Below the pieces are notes generated by a model. That model saw only the letters and a list, made by a program, of their open reading frames with translations. It ran no database searches and was not told where the DNA came from. The position numbers and the translations under genes were made by a program. This document shows, piece by piece, positions 9,068 to 17,541 of a DNA stretch of 44,513 nucleotides. The first letter of the stretch is position 1. Every line of letters begins with the position of its first letter. This DNA is from Escherichia phage Gluttony: sequence record NC_031113.1. One strand, 5' to 3'.

Positions 9068-9841
9068 TTAACGGCGGCGACGTTTACGTGGCGCTTCGTC
9101 TTCGTCGTCGTCCTCATCTTCGTCATCGCGTGGTTTACGACGTTTGCGAGGTTTTTCGTCGTCGTCGTCATCGCTGCGCTTGGACTTTTTGGACTTACGC
9201 GGCTTGTCGTCTTCGTCATCGTCATCACGACGTTTTGACTTTTTGGACTTACGCGGGCTTTCATCTTCGTCATCGTCGCCCAGGTCTTCGTCGGAACATG
9301 AAGACCCGCCACCGCCGAAGGCTTCTCCGTCATCGCGGAAGCGCATACCCAGCAGACCACAGCCTAAGCCTTTGCCGTTGGTATTGTTCCAGGCCCAAAT
9401 ATCTAAGGAAACGTTGCAATAGCAACCGGAATAGATTTCCTTCCCTTCGATTTCGTCGCCGTCGATGGTCAGACCCTGCTCCGTCTGCTTCTCGCCTTCG
9501 GAAGTCTGGATGATCGGCTGTTTGAATGATTTGGCATTGATGTACAGCTTTCCTTCAAACTCTTCCGTCACTTCTTCACGCTCGTCACCATCACGAACTG
9601 CACATTCTTTCGAATCCTGTGCGTAGTGGCGGTCCATCCACTTATCGGCGTTCTTTTCAGACTTCAGCTTTTCGGTGAGCACTGCGCGTGCCGCCGCTTC
9701 CACTTTGTCCACCTGCGGATCTTCTTTATCAAGAATAATCACCGCACGATATGCCGGTTTTTGTCCATCCTGTTTAGGGGTGTCACGCTCCCAAATTTTC
9801 GGGAAGCATACACGTACATTTTTCAGGTTGACTTTAGCCAT
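9068..9841 (-). CDS. Phage ssDNA-binding protein (DUF2815-like) with alternating acidic/basic C-terminal repeats
   Basis: MAKVNLKNVRVCFPKIWE N-terminus with GAGGAA RBS; C-terminal DDDEDE/PRKSKKSKR repeats. Confidence 0.55.
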   Translation of the reverse strand: MAKVNLKNVRVCFPKIWERDTPKQDGQKPAYRAVIILDKEDPQVDKVEAAARAVLTEKLKSEKNADKWMDRHYAQDSKECAVRDGDEREEVTEEFEGKLYINAKSFKQPIIQTSEGEKQTEQGLTIDGDEIEGKEIYSGCYCNVSLDIWAWNNTNGKGLGCGLLGMRFRDDGEAFGGGGSSCSDEDLGDDDEDESPRKSKKSKRRDDDDEDDKPRKSKKSKRSDDDDDEKPRKRRKPRDDEDEDDDEDEAPRKRRRR

Positions 9842-9937
9842 TTTCCAATTCCTCATTTCACATGTATCGGGGTTATTAGAAGCCACCCCGTCCGGCTTGG
9901 TTGCTAATGTACTTGGTTGCGTTTCCGCGGTCAAGTG

Positions 9938-10171
9938 TTATTTATTAAAAAGTTTTAAAATCAGGTCGAGATATTTGTGCAGCCACACCAGTGGCGGGCG
10001 GTGCACGTTGTTTTCCATCCAGTTCAAACAGGCTTCGTTATAGCCGTCGTCCCATAAGCGGGATGGGTGGCGAATCATCCAGGCCAGCGCCAGCAGACCG
10101 CCGCAGGTATGTACTACGAATCCCAGTGCCGCCAACGGCAGCACCATAATCATTGCCAGAATCTTATTCAT
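9938..10171 (-). CDS. Small membrane protein
   Basis: Two hydrophobic segments (ILAMIMVLPLAALGFVV, GGLLALAWMI). Confidence 0.4.
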   Translation of the reverse strand: MNKILAMIMVLPLAALGFVVHTCGGLLALAWMIRHPSRLWDDGYNEACLNWMENNVHRPPLVWLHKYLDLILKLFNK

Positions 10172-11594
10172 CGTTTAAATCCTCGTCGCTTGCTTCTTGC
10201 CATTCCGGGCGCGGGTCGTCAACTGGTGCCAGGACTGGTTTCGCAGGTGCACGCGTGATTTTATCTTGCAGCTTCGCCCACACTTTCGGTTTCTCATCCT
10301 TCAGCACCTTCTCGGCATCAGTAGGGCTGATTAATGATTCCTTGTACATCAGGTCGCGCTTGATCCGGGCCGTTGTGAATACAGCGATAACTTCGCTTTC
10401 ATCCTTCCACTTACGCGCACCTTCACGACCTGCTACCAGCTTCAGGCCCAGCGCTTCGCCGTCACCGGCTAACACTGCTTTGAATACGGCAGCCTCGATC
10501 GCTTTGATGTGCTGGCGCATGGTTTCCAGACCGTCGTAAGCCTTTTTCAATTCTTCCGTGGTCATTGCACCGGCTGGCGCTTCTTTCTCGCCACGCTTCG
10601 CACGTCGGGCCGCTTTCCGGGCTTCGCGGGCCATGTTCCGGTCGTGGTTTTTGCATTCTTCCTCGGTGGCAATGCTTACATCGTCGCCCAGGTCTTCGTC
10701 GGTTGCCGTTGGTGGCGTCATTGTGTCGATGGCGGCTTTAGCGCGGGCACTACATTGATCCGCAAATCGACACCACTGACACGCATCGGCGCTCGGACGG
10801 AAGTCTGCACGGGTGAGATTCTTCTTACCCTTAGCGAAGGCATCCAGGGCGGCTACTGCGCGTTTTGCTGCGTACTTGGCGAAGATTTCCAGTGCTTCCA
10901 CTGAAATATCCCACTCCGATGCGCCGCCGCAATACGGCTGGAAGATGACCAGGCGAACGGTGGTAATGTCGTACATCTTTTGCAGCTTGCGCAGCAGACC
11001 GAGCGCATACAGCATAAGCTGTTTGTTCTCTTTCGCCTCGACCTTATGGCGTCCGGTCTTCAGGTCGCCAACAATCAGCATGTACGTGCCGTCGGTCTTC
11101 TTCATGACCATAACCATATCGGCAGTACCGAAGGTTTTAATCACCTCGCCGTCAATCTCGTAGCCTTTGTGCAGGACGCGTGTCAGATCCGCGCGCATCT
11201 CGAGCTGAACAAACTCCGCCACTTCGAGGAGCGGTCGCCAGTGGTCGATGTACGCGTCGCACTGTTTCACCATATCGTCGTTGACCAGTACGCCGCCTTT
11301 CGGTGCTTTCGGGTGTGCCTTTACTGGCCCCTTTCCTTCGTTCTCGACGTAACACCCTTTATACGTCTTTGCGGTTATCAGCTTTTCACCGGCGATAATG
11401 CGGTTTAGCACGACTTCAGATACGGTGTGCATACTCGTACCGTTAATCGCGGCTTGCCCGGATTCGTTTGGGATATCTTTTTCTACCACCAGAGCGGCAG
11501 GGCAACCCATCCATTTTTTAGCACCGGACGGCCCGAGTAATGAGTGTTCGGTATTGCTACCGGATTGCGTCTTACGTTTTGGTTTAATCGCCAT
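10164..11594 (-). CDS. PD-(D/E)XK (RecB/Cas4-like) exonuclease with Cys cluster and C-terminal extension
   Basis: GTADMVMV, IVGDLKTG, QLMLYA motifs; CQWCRFADQC cluster. Confidence 0.65.
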   Translation of the reverse strand: MAIKPKRKTQSGSNTEHSLLGPSGAKKWMGCPAALVVEKDIPNESGQAAINGTSMHTVSEVVLNRIIAGEKLITAKTYKGCYVENEGKGPVKAHPKAPKGGVLVNDDMVKQCDAYIDHWRPLLEVAEFVQLEMRADLTRVLHKGYEIDGEVIKTFGTADMVMVMKKTDGTYMLIVGDLKTGRHKVEAKENKQLMLYALGLLRKLQKMYDITTVRLVIFQPYCGGASEWDISVEALEIFAKYAAKRAVAALDAFAKGKKNLTRADFRPSADACQWCRFADQCSARAKAAIDTMTPPTATDEDLGDDVSIATEEECKNHDRNMAREARKAARRAKRGEKEAPAGAMTTEELKKAYDGLETMRQHIKAIEAAVFKAVLAGDGEALGLKLVAGREGARKWKDESEVIAVFTTARIKRDLMYKESLISPTDAEKVLKDEKPKVWAKLQDKITRAPAKPVLAPVDDPRPEWQEASDEDLNDE

Positions 11595-11773
11595 TATTCC
11601 ACCCTTGTAAACTGGACAATTACATATTTCACATTAGCCAGGCCCGCTTTTTCGACTCGGCGCTTAACTTCATTTTGCGCGTCCACAAAGCAATTGCTTG
11701 CGTTGGTGTTTTCAACAATAAAAGAAGTGTGATCGTTTAATTCGTGGCAAGTTGCCATGACGAAGAATTTCAT
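11594..11773 (-). CDS. Small hypothetical protein, 59 aa
   Basis: ORF with GGGAGA RBS; start overlaps upstream stop (TAATG). Confidence 0.35.
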   Translation of the reverse strand: MKFFVMATCHELNDHTSFIVENTNASNCFVDAQNEVKRRVEKAGLANVKYVIVQFTRVE

Positions 11774-12024
11774 TATTTTGTCTCCCAGCGGTCGATTGTT
11801 TTTGCTTCGGATGCAACTGCGAAGCGAACATATTCCAGATTTGAATCCGCCCAAATATAAAAGTCGGGATTAATAAAGGTGGTGCGCTTAATTTGCGCGG
11901 GGGTGTTGCGGCGTTTGTCTATTACGGCAACGCGTGACTGAAAGCTGCCGATGCGTTCGAATAGCCAATAGTACGGGCGCTGGTCGCGGGAATCCACCGC
12001 CTCGATTAGCGTGAATCGTGCCAT
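11773..12024 (-). CDS. Hypothetical protein, 83 aa
   Basis: ORF track. Confidence 0.4.
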   Translation of the reverse strand: MARFTLIEAVDSRDQRPYYWLFERIGSFQSRVAVIDKRRNTPAQIKRTTFINPDFYIWADSNLEYVRFAVASEAKTIDRWETK

Positions 12025-12035
12025 TGTCTCGTCCT

Positions 12036-12065
12036 CTAAAAATAGGCCCGCAGATTAGCGGGCCG
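12036..12065 (-). terminator. Rho-independent terminator after the first leftward early gene
   Basis: GGCCCGC/GCGGGCC stem followed by TATTTTT on the minus strand. Confidence 0.55.
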
Positions 12066-12072
12066 GATAATA

Positions 12073-12579
12073 TTAATCTTCCAGTTCGAAATAAGTTTCG
12101 ACGATTTCTTTTAGCTCTTTGTGGAAGTCTTCGACGTCGTCATCTTCCAGCTTAGCGATTGATTTGATTTCGAACGCGTCCAGCAGATCATCAAATTCGT
12201 CGTTCGCGTCGTCGTCATCACCGCCCGCGATAATCGCGGCATACTGTTTGATCTCGTCGCGCATCTCCGCCAGCGGATCGGCATCTTTCTTGCCTTTGCC
12301 CTTCGCCGGTGCTTTTTTAGACTTAGCCGGTTTTGCGTCTTCGGCGTCTTCGTCGTCATCTTCGACTACTTCTTTTTTAGCCTTACCTTTCGCCGGGGCT
12401 TTTTTAGATTTAGCCGGTTTTTCGTCTTCGTCGTCATCTTCGACAACTTCTTTTTTGGCCTTAGACGGCTTCTTGTCTTCCTGCTTACCAACGGCAGCGC
12501 CAACGGTTTCATAATGCTTAGCGATGACTTCCAGTGCTACTACGCCGCGAGTGATCAGGTTTACGATTTGCTCAAACAT
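12073..12579 (-). CDS. Highly charged tandem-repeat protein, first gene of the leftward early operon
   Basis: Start at MFEQIV with GGAG RBS; two copies of KKEVVEDDDEDEKPAKSKKAPAKGK; polyacidic C-terminus. Confidence 0.6.
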   Translation of the reverse strand: MFEQIVNLITRGVVALEVIAKHYETVGAAVGKQEDKKPSKAKKEVVEDDDEDEKPAKSKKAPAKGKAKKEVVEDDDEDAEDAKPAKSKKAPAKGKGKKDADPLAEMRDEIKQYAAIIAGGDDDDANDEFDDLLDAFEIKSIAKLEDDDVEDFHKELKEIVETYFELED

Positions 12580-12775
12580 GGTATATCTCCGATTGGTTAA
12601 GTTTAGGTGTCGGCAGTTAACTTCGTCGGTGGCCTTAACATATTGCCAGGTTACGCGTTCTCCCGTTCGGGTAGTGGACCTGGTTATATAATCACGGTTG
12701 GGAATCCTGACACTTCGATCCGGCCCCTGCGTTGCCCCTCTCCAGTTTGCGTCCTGCATCCTGTCGACGGAGTGA

Positions 12776-12805
12776 ATGATAGATTGGTTGCAGGATGGGT
12801 GTCAA
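12776..12805 (-). promoter_or_regulatory. Leftward early promoter (TTGACA-18-TATCAT)
   Basis: Consensus -35 read on the minus strand, about 190 nt upstream of the ATG at 12579. Confidence 0.5.
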
Positions 12806-12816
12806 CAACTAATTTC

Positions 12817-12851
12817 AAAAAAAAAGCGCCGAGGCAAAATGCGACGGCGCT
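12817..12851 (-). terminator. Orphan minus-strand intrinsic terminator in the divergent control region
   Basis: AGCGCCG/CGGCGCT stem followed by nine T on the minus strand. Confidence 0.45.
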
Positions 12852-12921
12852 AACCAATAAGAGACAATGAGACGGGAATTATTATTACACGCGTGCGCGC
12901 CCGTTTCAATATCCAAAGGAT

Positions 12922-12950
12922 TTGACACCATGCAGTTTTAGGTGTAGTTT
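12922..12950 (+). promoter_or_regulatory. Rightward early promoter (TTGACA-17-TAGTTT)
   Basis: Perfect -35 hexamer about 35 nt upstream of the ATG at 12982. Confidence 0.5.
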
Positions 12951-12981
12951 CGTTGGTCATTAACCAACAGGAGACTGAATT

Positions 12982-13311
12982 ATGAATATCAAAGAAGCAA
13001 TTGAAGTGTTATCTAATGCAATCCGCGGCGAAGCGGGTAAATCCTGGTATTACACAAATGCGGTGGATACTCTGTTATTTGAAGTGTCCAGATTATCGCG
13101 TGCTGAGAAGGAGCTTACCGCGAAGCTGGAATTGCTCAACGGCACGGCAGCAAGCAAGCTGCAAAAACACAATGAAGAAATGGAAGAATACAAAAAACAG
13201 GTTATCCGTCTACGTGAGGAAGGTAAATCCTGGGCGATGATTGCCGAGTTGACCGGAATTAATCAGAGCACAGTGCGCTCCTGGGTACGCAATAATAAAA
13301 CTTCTAAGTAA
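12982..13311 (+). CDS. HTH DNA-binding protein, putative transcriptional regulator
   Basis: C-terminal KSWAMIAELTGINQSTVRSWV helix-turn-helix; coiled-coil middle. Confidence 0.5.
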   Translation: MNIKEAIEVLSNAIRGEAGKSWYYTNAVDTLLFEVSRLSRAEKELTAKLELLNGTAASKLQKHNEEMEEYKKQVIRLREEGKSWAMIAELTGINQSTVRSWVRNNKTSK

Positions 13312-13321
13312 GGCCACGGCA

Positions 13322-15586
13322 ATGAGCTTAATTAAATTCGCTGTAACAAGACCCGCTAAAAAAGGCGAAAAAGCCAGGGCGGAAAACTTCCAGATGACGA
13401 CCGATGAATTTTTCGAATTTATCAAAGATGCGAAAGAGATATCGTCGGTGCATATCAACAAGACGGAAGATAAAGCCGAGTATGCGCGCCGCAAGCGTAA
13501 GGCCGATGGCATCGTAGCGTATACCAGTGACGGCTTACGCCGCAAGACCAGTGCGGTGGACCGCTCGATCCTGTTCTTCGATATTGACCGTACCGACACC
13601 CGCACCCTACGCCGCTGCCGTAAGGCTTTCATCGACGCGGGGCTGGAGCACGTATTTCACACCACAACCGGCGACCGCCACCCGCTGAAAGGCGGCACGC
13701 GTTGCGCTCGTTTCCTGGTGCTCACCGACAAGCCTGTACCGGCTGAAGACCTGGGCCGCGTCCAGTACGCACTATTACACCAACTGGGCCTGTCAGATGT
13801 GGACTTCGATGATTGTACGAAAGACACAAACCGCCTGATGTACCTGCCACACCAGCAGTCTGTTATTAAGTGCCACTACGGCAAGCGTGCCCGCGTCCGT
13901 CGTCTGCTTCGCCTGGCGGATAAGTTGGGCGTGGAGAAGGAGGAAGTACGCCGCGAGCTTACCCAGGGCGACGACGCAGTGGCAGACGGCATTCTGGACT
14001 GGTGCTTCCAGGCAGGATTCGAGGAGTTATCTTCCGGTCGCGGTTATGAAGTGCCGTGCCCGAACGAACATCTGCACAGCGGCGAAGGGTCGACGGCTAT
14101 CATGGTCAAGGATGGCGAGATCCGTTTCAAGTGTATGCACACCGGCAACGAGTGTTGCTCGGAACTGAACAGACACCAGCACCTGGCGCTACGTCTTATC
14201 GGGATCCCGGACCACCTGAACGTCGAGCCGCACAACATGTCACGTAAGCAAATCGCCGCCATCCTTCCGGGACTGGACGATGAGGAAGTGGAATCGTGCT
14301 ATGAACATATCGTTGATGCGGTCGGAGACGGCGACGAGTACGGCGTGTGTACTGATGCAGACCTGGACAACGAGCCGGTCGCACTGTTCAGTAAGCACGA
14401 CCCGATCATCGAAGGCCTGGTCAACTTCAAATCGACCTGGTATCTCGCCGGTGAGTCGAACATTGGCAAGTCGTTCTACGTGCTGGGCCAGATGGCGTCA
14501 GTATCTGCCGGTATTCCGTTCGGCGGTGCGAAGGTCGTCCAGTCTCATTGCTTCTATTTCGATGCGGAAGGTGGTGAGGCCTCCAACCAGCGTAAAGAAG
14601 CACTGCAGATCAAATATGAGCACGACCTGGACAAGCTGCACATTATCGATCTGCAATCACGCGGCTGGGATATCACCAGCAAATCCGGCTTGCGTGAAGT
14701 TATCAGCTTCATCAACCGCACCGCTAACGGCGAGCCGGTTGGCCTGGTGGCGTTCGACTCACTCAACCAGACTGTTGCGCTGCGGTCCGCCGATGCAAAA
14801 CCGTTCGACGAGAATAACGCCAGCGATATGGGTGAAGTGGTCAAAGCGCTGAAGGCCATTGCGGAAAATACAGGCGGCAGTGCGGGCGTCATCCACCACC
14901 CGGCGAAGGGTGCAAACGGCAGCAGATCTCCCCGTGGGTCCGGCGCGCTGCATGGCGCTGTCGATTCTGCGTTCTTCCTGGAACAGCCGGACGACAACCA
15001 GCCAGGTCAACTCAACCTGTATCACGAAAAATCCCGTAACGGCATCAAGCAAGCGCCGCGCGGCTTCGTCCTGCTCAAGTGCAAGGTTAAGGTGGATCTC
15101 CGCAAGTCCGAGGCGTTCGAAGCCCACCAGTCCACCAGCACCGGGCCGGACTTCGGTGACGTCGTTGCCGGTTGGGACGTCAAGCCGATTGCCTCCACGC
15201 CACGCGACGAGACTCTTTACCTCGTACCGGTCGCCCTGGCACCGTTCGCCATTGAGCAGGCAAAGGCCGCTGGCAAGGCCGCAGTTAAGGAAGAGAACGC
15301 CGCAGGACCGCGCAACGAAAAAGAGAAAGTGCTTTATGCAGCGCTGGAAAAACTGATGGAAGATAACCCGGACCATACCGGATTCAGCAAATCGGCAATT
15401 GTCCGCCAGGCTGGGCTTGCGAAAGGTGGCACATCGACGAAGGCAATTGACGATATGGTCGAGCGCGGCGTGCTCGGTTTTTATACCGATCCGCACACCG
15501 GGGCCATCTATGGGTCGTCGAATATCGTCATCAAAACGAAGATACCCATCACGCTTTCGGCGACCGATGACGACTTAAAAGATTAA
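13322..15586 (+). CDS. Primase-polymerase (AEP-like) fused to a RecA/DnaB-like ATPase; replication initiator candidate
   Basis: FFDIDRTD acidic motif, Cys/His zinc cluster, Walker A GESNIGKS, Walker B FYFDAEGG. Confidence 0.7.
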   Translation: MSLIKFAVTRPAKKGEKARAENFQMTTDEFFEFIKDAKEISSVHINKTEDKAEYARRKRKADGIVAYTSDGLRRKTSAVDRSILFFDIDRTDTRTLRRCRKAFIDAGLEHVFHTTTGDRHPLKGGTRCARFLVLTDKPVPAEDLGRVQYALLHQLGLSDVDFDDCTKDTNRLMYLPHQQSVIKCHYGKRARVRRLLRLADKLGVEKEEVRRELTQGDDAVADGILDWCFQAGFEELSSGRGYEVPCPNEHLHSGEGSTAIMVKDGEIRFKCMHTGNECCSELNRHQHLALRLIGIPDHLNVEPHNMSRKQIAAILPGLDDEEVESCYEHIVDAVGDGDEYGVCTDADLDNEPVALFSKHDPIIEGLVNFKSTWYLAGESNIGKSFYVLGQMASVSAGIPFGGAKVVQSHCFYFDAEGGEASNQRKEALQIKYEHDLDKLHIIDLQSRGWDITSKSGLREVISFINRTANGEPVGLVAFDSLNQTVALRSADAKPFDENNASDMGEVVKALKAIAENTGGSAGVIHHPAKGANGSRSPRGSGALHGAVDSAFFLEQPDDNQPGQLNLYHEKSRNGIKQAPRGFVLLKCKVKVDLRKSEAFEAHQSTSTGPDFGDVVAGWDVKPIASTPRDETLYLVPVALAPFAIEQAKAAGKAAVKEENAAGPRNEKEKVLYAALEKLMEDNPDHTGFSKSAIVRQAGLAKGGTSTKAIDDMVERGVLGFYTDPHTGAIYGSSNIVIKTKIPITLSATDDDLKD

Positions 15587-15700
15587 AATTTGCGCGCATT
15601 GGTCGCCGATATGGGGATTCCCATATCGCTAGACGATTAAATTTTGCGCGCATTGGTTGCCATTTTGAGTGTTTTTATCTGGTCGTATTGGTTGCCGTGT
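15584..15700. repeat. Direct repeats TTAAA(A)TTTGCGCGCATTGGT(C/T)GCC x2 flanking the palindrome CGATATGGG-GATT-CCCATATCG
   Basis: Read directly downstream of the primase-helicase stop; a third ATTGGTTGCC copy near 15687. Confidence 0.6.
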
Positions 15701-15744
15701 AGTGTGAATATAGTGAATAGTTATGCAGTTTTATTGCATAAAGT

Positions 15745-15902
15745 AAGCGGGACAAAAAGCGGGACAAACAAGGGGCGGGACAAAGCGGGACAGCACCCCC
15801 GTCCCGCCACGGATGGCGCGGCTTCCAGAGGAGCGGGACAGCGGGACAGCACCCCAGTCTTTCAGACTAGACGGGGGTCAATGGCCCCCCTCGTCTGAGA
15901 CT
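15745..15902. repeat. GCGGGACA iteron-like array A with 3' hairpin module; putative origin or regulatory cassette
   Basis: At least six GCGGGACA copies at about 11-bp spacing, then CAGTCTTTCAGACTAGACGGGGG...CCCCCCTCGTCTGAGACTG; near-identical to 31965..32124. Confidence 0.6.
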
Positions 15903-16062
15903 GAATAAAATCCGGGGATTGCAAAATACACGGCAGCATGATGCTAAGTGCGGTCGTCGATGAACTAGGCAACCAATGCAGGTTGTATTATGCTGAGTGA
16001 AAATGCGGTTTGCAGTCACAGCAGATAGCGATCAACTTTTTCATGCGCGTGATTAATATTGG

Positions 16063-16091
16063 TTGCACCCTGCCTGGCGCCCTGCTATATT
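16063..16091 (+). promoter_or_regulatory. Sigma70-like promoter (TTGCAC-17-TATATT) formed by two TATTGGTTGCAC copies
   Basis: Spacing counted directly; 29 nt upstream of the ATG at 16120. Confidence 0.5.
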
Positions 16092-16119
16092 GGTTGCACA
16101 CCAACAAGAGGACTGAACG

Positions 16120-16425
16120 ATGAAAGCATTAATCTGGAATTACACATCAGCGGTCGCAGCGCTCTATGAAGCGAAGCACACAAACGGCAACGCCGACCAC
16201 GCACGCCAGGCTGTAATGTTCGCGCAGCAGGCAATCTTTGCAGCGTTCGACAACATGGGCGTCAGCCTGGATGAACTGGAACCATTGCGTGTGGCAATCT
16301 GCGAGTATGCGATGAAATTCGCCCGTGAGCGTCTTGCGTACCGGTTTGGCATCGGAGAGACGGCAGTGACTAACATCGCTCGCATCACGGCTCAGCGTGA
16401 GCTACACGCCTTACTTGCGAAATAA
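16120..16425 (+). CDS. Hypothetical early protein, 101 aa
   Basis: ORF track; RBS AGAGGA. Confidence 0.5.
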   Translation: MKALIWNYTSAVAALYEAKHTNGNADHARQAVMFAQQAIFAAFDNMGVSLDELEPLRVAICEYAMKFARERLAYRFGIGETAVTNIARITAQRELHALLAK

Positions 16426-16434
16426 GGGGCTAAA

Positions 16435-16704
16435 ATGGCACGTAGACGCGCTAAATGGTTATCCTGGTATATTCCCCTGCATAGCATCCGTTTATGGGCG
16501 CAGAATGCGATTGAGGGTGATTCTGTGTTCTGGAGCTATCGGGATGACGTCAAGCCGCTGACGCAGACCAAAATGCTGCACCAGTTCATGAACGAACACG
16601 GACTGCCGGTGAAAACATCATTGCAACCAATCGGCATCCGTATTACATTACGCCGTAAGCCAATCGTTGCGCAGGTTGGCAAACACAAGAGACTGAGCAA
16701 ATGA
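16435..16704 (+). CDS. Hypothetical early protein, 89 aa
   Basis: ORF track. Confidence 0.45.
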   Translation: MARRRAKWLSWYIPLHSIRLWAQNAIEGDSVFWSYRDDVKPLTQTKMLHQFMNEHGLPVKTSLQPIGIRITLRRKPIVAQVGKHKRLSK

Positions 16705-16853
16705 CACCAATGCAAAGAGCGCTAATGGCTGGATTCTCGCAGAAGTTTATTTCAGTAGACGACTGCATAGCTGATTATGAGATGGACGGCATCGCTACGG
16801 TATGCGATGGCGACTATAAGACTGTTGACGAGATCGAGGAGACTGAGCAATGA
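16701..16853 (+). CDS. Small hypothetical protein, 50 aa
   Basis: Hand-translated ORF (MTPMQRALMAGF...) with overlapping ATGA junctions at both ends. Confidence 0.3.
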   Translation: MTPMQRALMAGFSQKFISVDDCIADYEMDGIATVCDGDYKTVDEIEETEQ

Positions 16854-17404
16854 AATTACTATTCCGCAATAAACATAACGGGCTATTCTTCACCCCGATC
16901 GAAGTGCTGCCGAACTTTGTGCGCATGTACCATGAAGCCAGCGACCGCGTATACTGGTACAGGAAAGACACCCTGCATGAGCATTTGCAGGTTGTGCATC
17001 ACGACGTACGAGTAGGTGATGTGCTGCGTTGTGATGGCAATGACTACACCTGGGTCGTGAAGTCAGTCGGGAAGGAATGGATTACTATCGACAGCACTCT
17101 GGTTGCGGGCGCAACAATAAACCCCGCCACCCTGGTGAACTACACCCGCGTAGGCCGGAACTATGCACCTAAGCGCCCTGGCGTCGAAGCGAAAGCGATT
17201 ACCCGTACGGAGCACCCATATACCAAATACGACGAGAACAAGGTGCGCCAGCATATCGACAACGCCCGGAAAGCCATCACCCAGCAATGTGATGCGATGC
17301 GCCTGGCTAATCTGGACGCAGAGCGCTTTGGCATTGGTGTGATCCTGGTCTACCCGGACGGCAGCATGAAGTCTACCGATCCGCGCTCGGTGATTCAGAA
17401 ATGA
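16850..17404 (+). CDS. Hypothetical early protein, 184 aa
   Basis: ORF track; RBS GAGGAG. Confidence 0.5.
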   Translation: MKLLFRNKHNGLFFTPIEVLPNFVRMYHEASDRVYWYRKDTLHEHLQVVHHDVRVGDVLRCDGNDYTWVVKSVGKEWITIDSTLVAGATINPATLVNYTRVGRNYAPKRPGVEAKAITRTEHPYTKYDENKVRQHIDNARKAITQQCDAMRLANLDAERFGIGVILVYPDGSMKSTDPRSVIQK

Positions 17405-17541
17405 GTGCGACGGTCCGTGATATGCTAATGCATAACCGCTTTGAGGTTGGCGGTCGTGTATTCCGTAACTACTTCGTTGCGCGCGCCTGGGCGCGCCACA
17501 TTGGCAAACCAGAGGGGGCAATACGATGCTACACGATTTGA
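17401..17541 (+). CDS. Small hypothetical protein, 46 aa
   Basis: Hand-translated; start overlaps previous stop. Confidence 0.3.
   Translation: MSATVRDMLMHNRFEVGGRVFRNYFVARAWARHIGKPEGAIRCYTI

Noticed and set aside
9013-9360. Minus-strand ORF of 115 aa in another frame of the SSB 3' end
   Set aside because: Overlaps the SSB C-terminal repeat in a different frame; low-complexity and no independent start signals.
9144-9422. Plus-strand poly-serine ORF of 92 aa
   Set aside because: Antisense translation of the SSB acidic/basic repeat region; compositional artefact.
14759-15496. Minus-strand ORF of 245 aa
   Set aside because: Antisense to the primase-helicase gene, which carries Walker motifs; shadow ORF.
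15644-15898. Plus-strand ORF of 84 aa over iteron array A, sharing its C-terminus with the ORF at 31877..32119
   Set aside because: Both ORFs are produced by translating the same GGGACA repeat DNA; low-complexity Gly/Arg/Thr-rich sequence without RBS, so the repeat is treated as non-coding.
15745-15902. Possibility that the GGGACA repeats are a CRISPR array
   Set aside because: Repeats are 8-14 bp, contiguous or overlapping, with no regular unique spacers and no cas genes.
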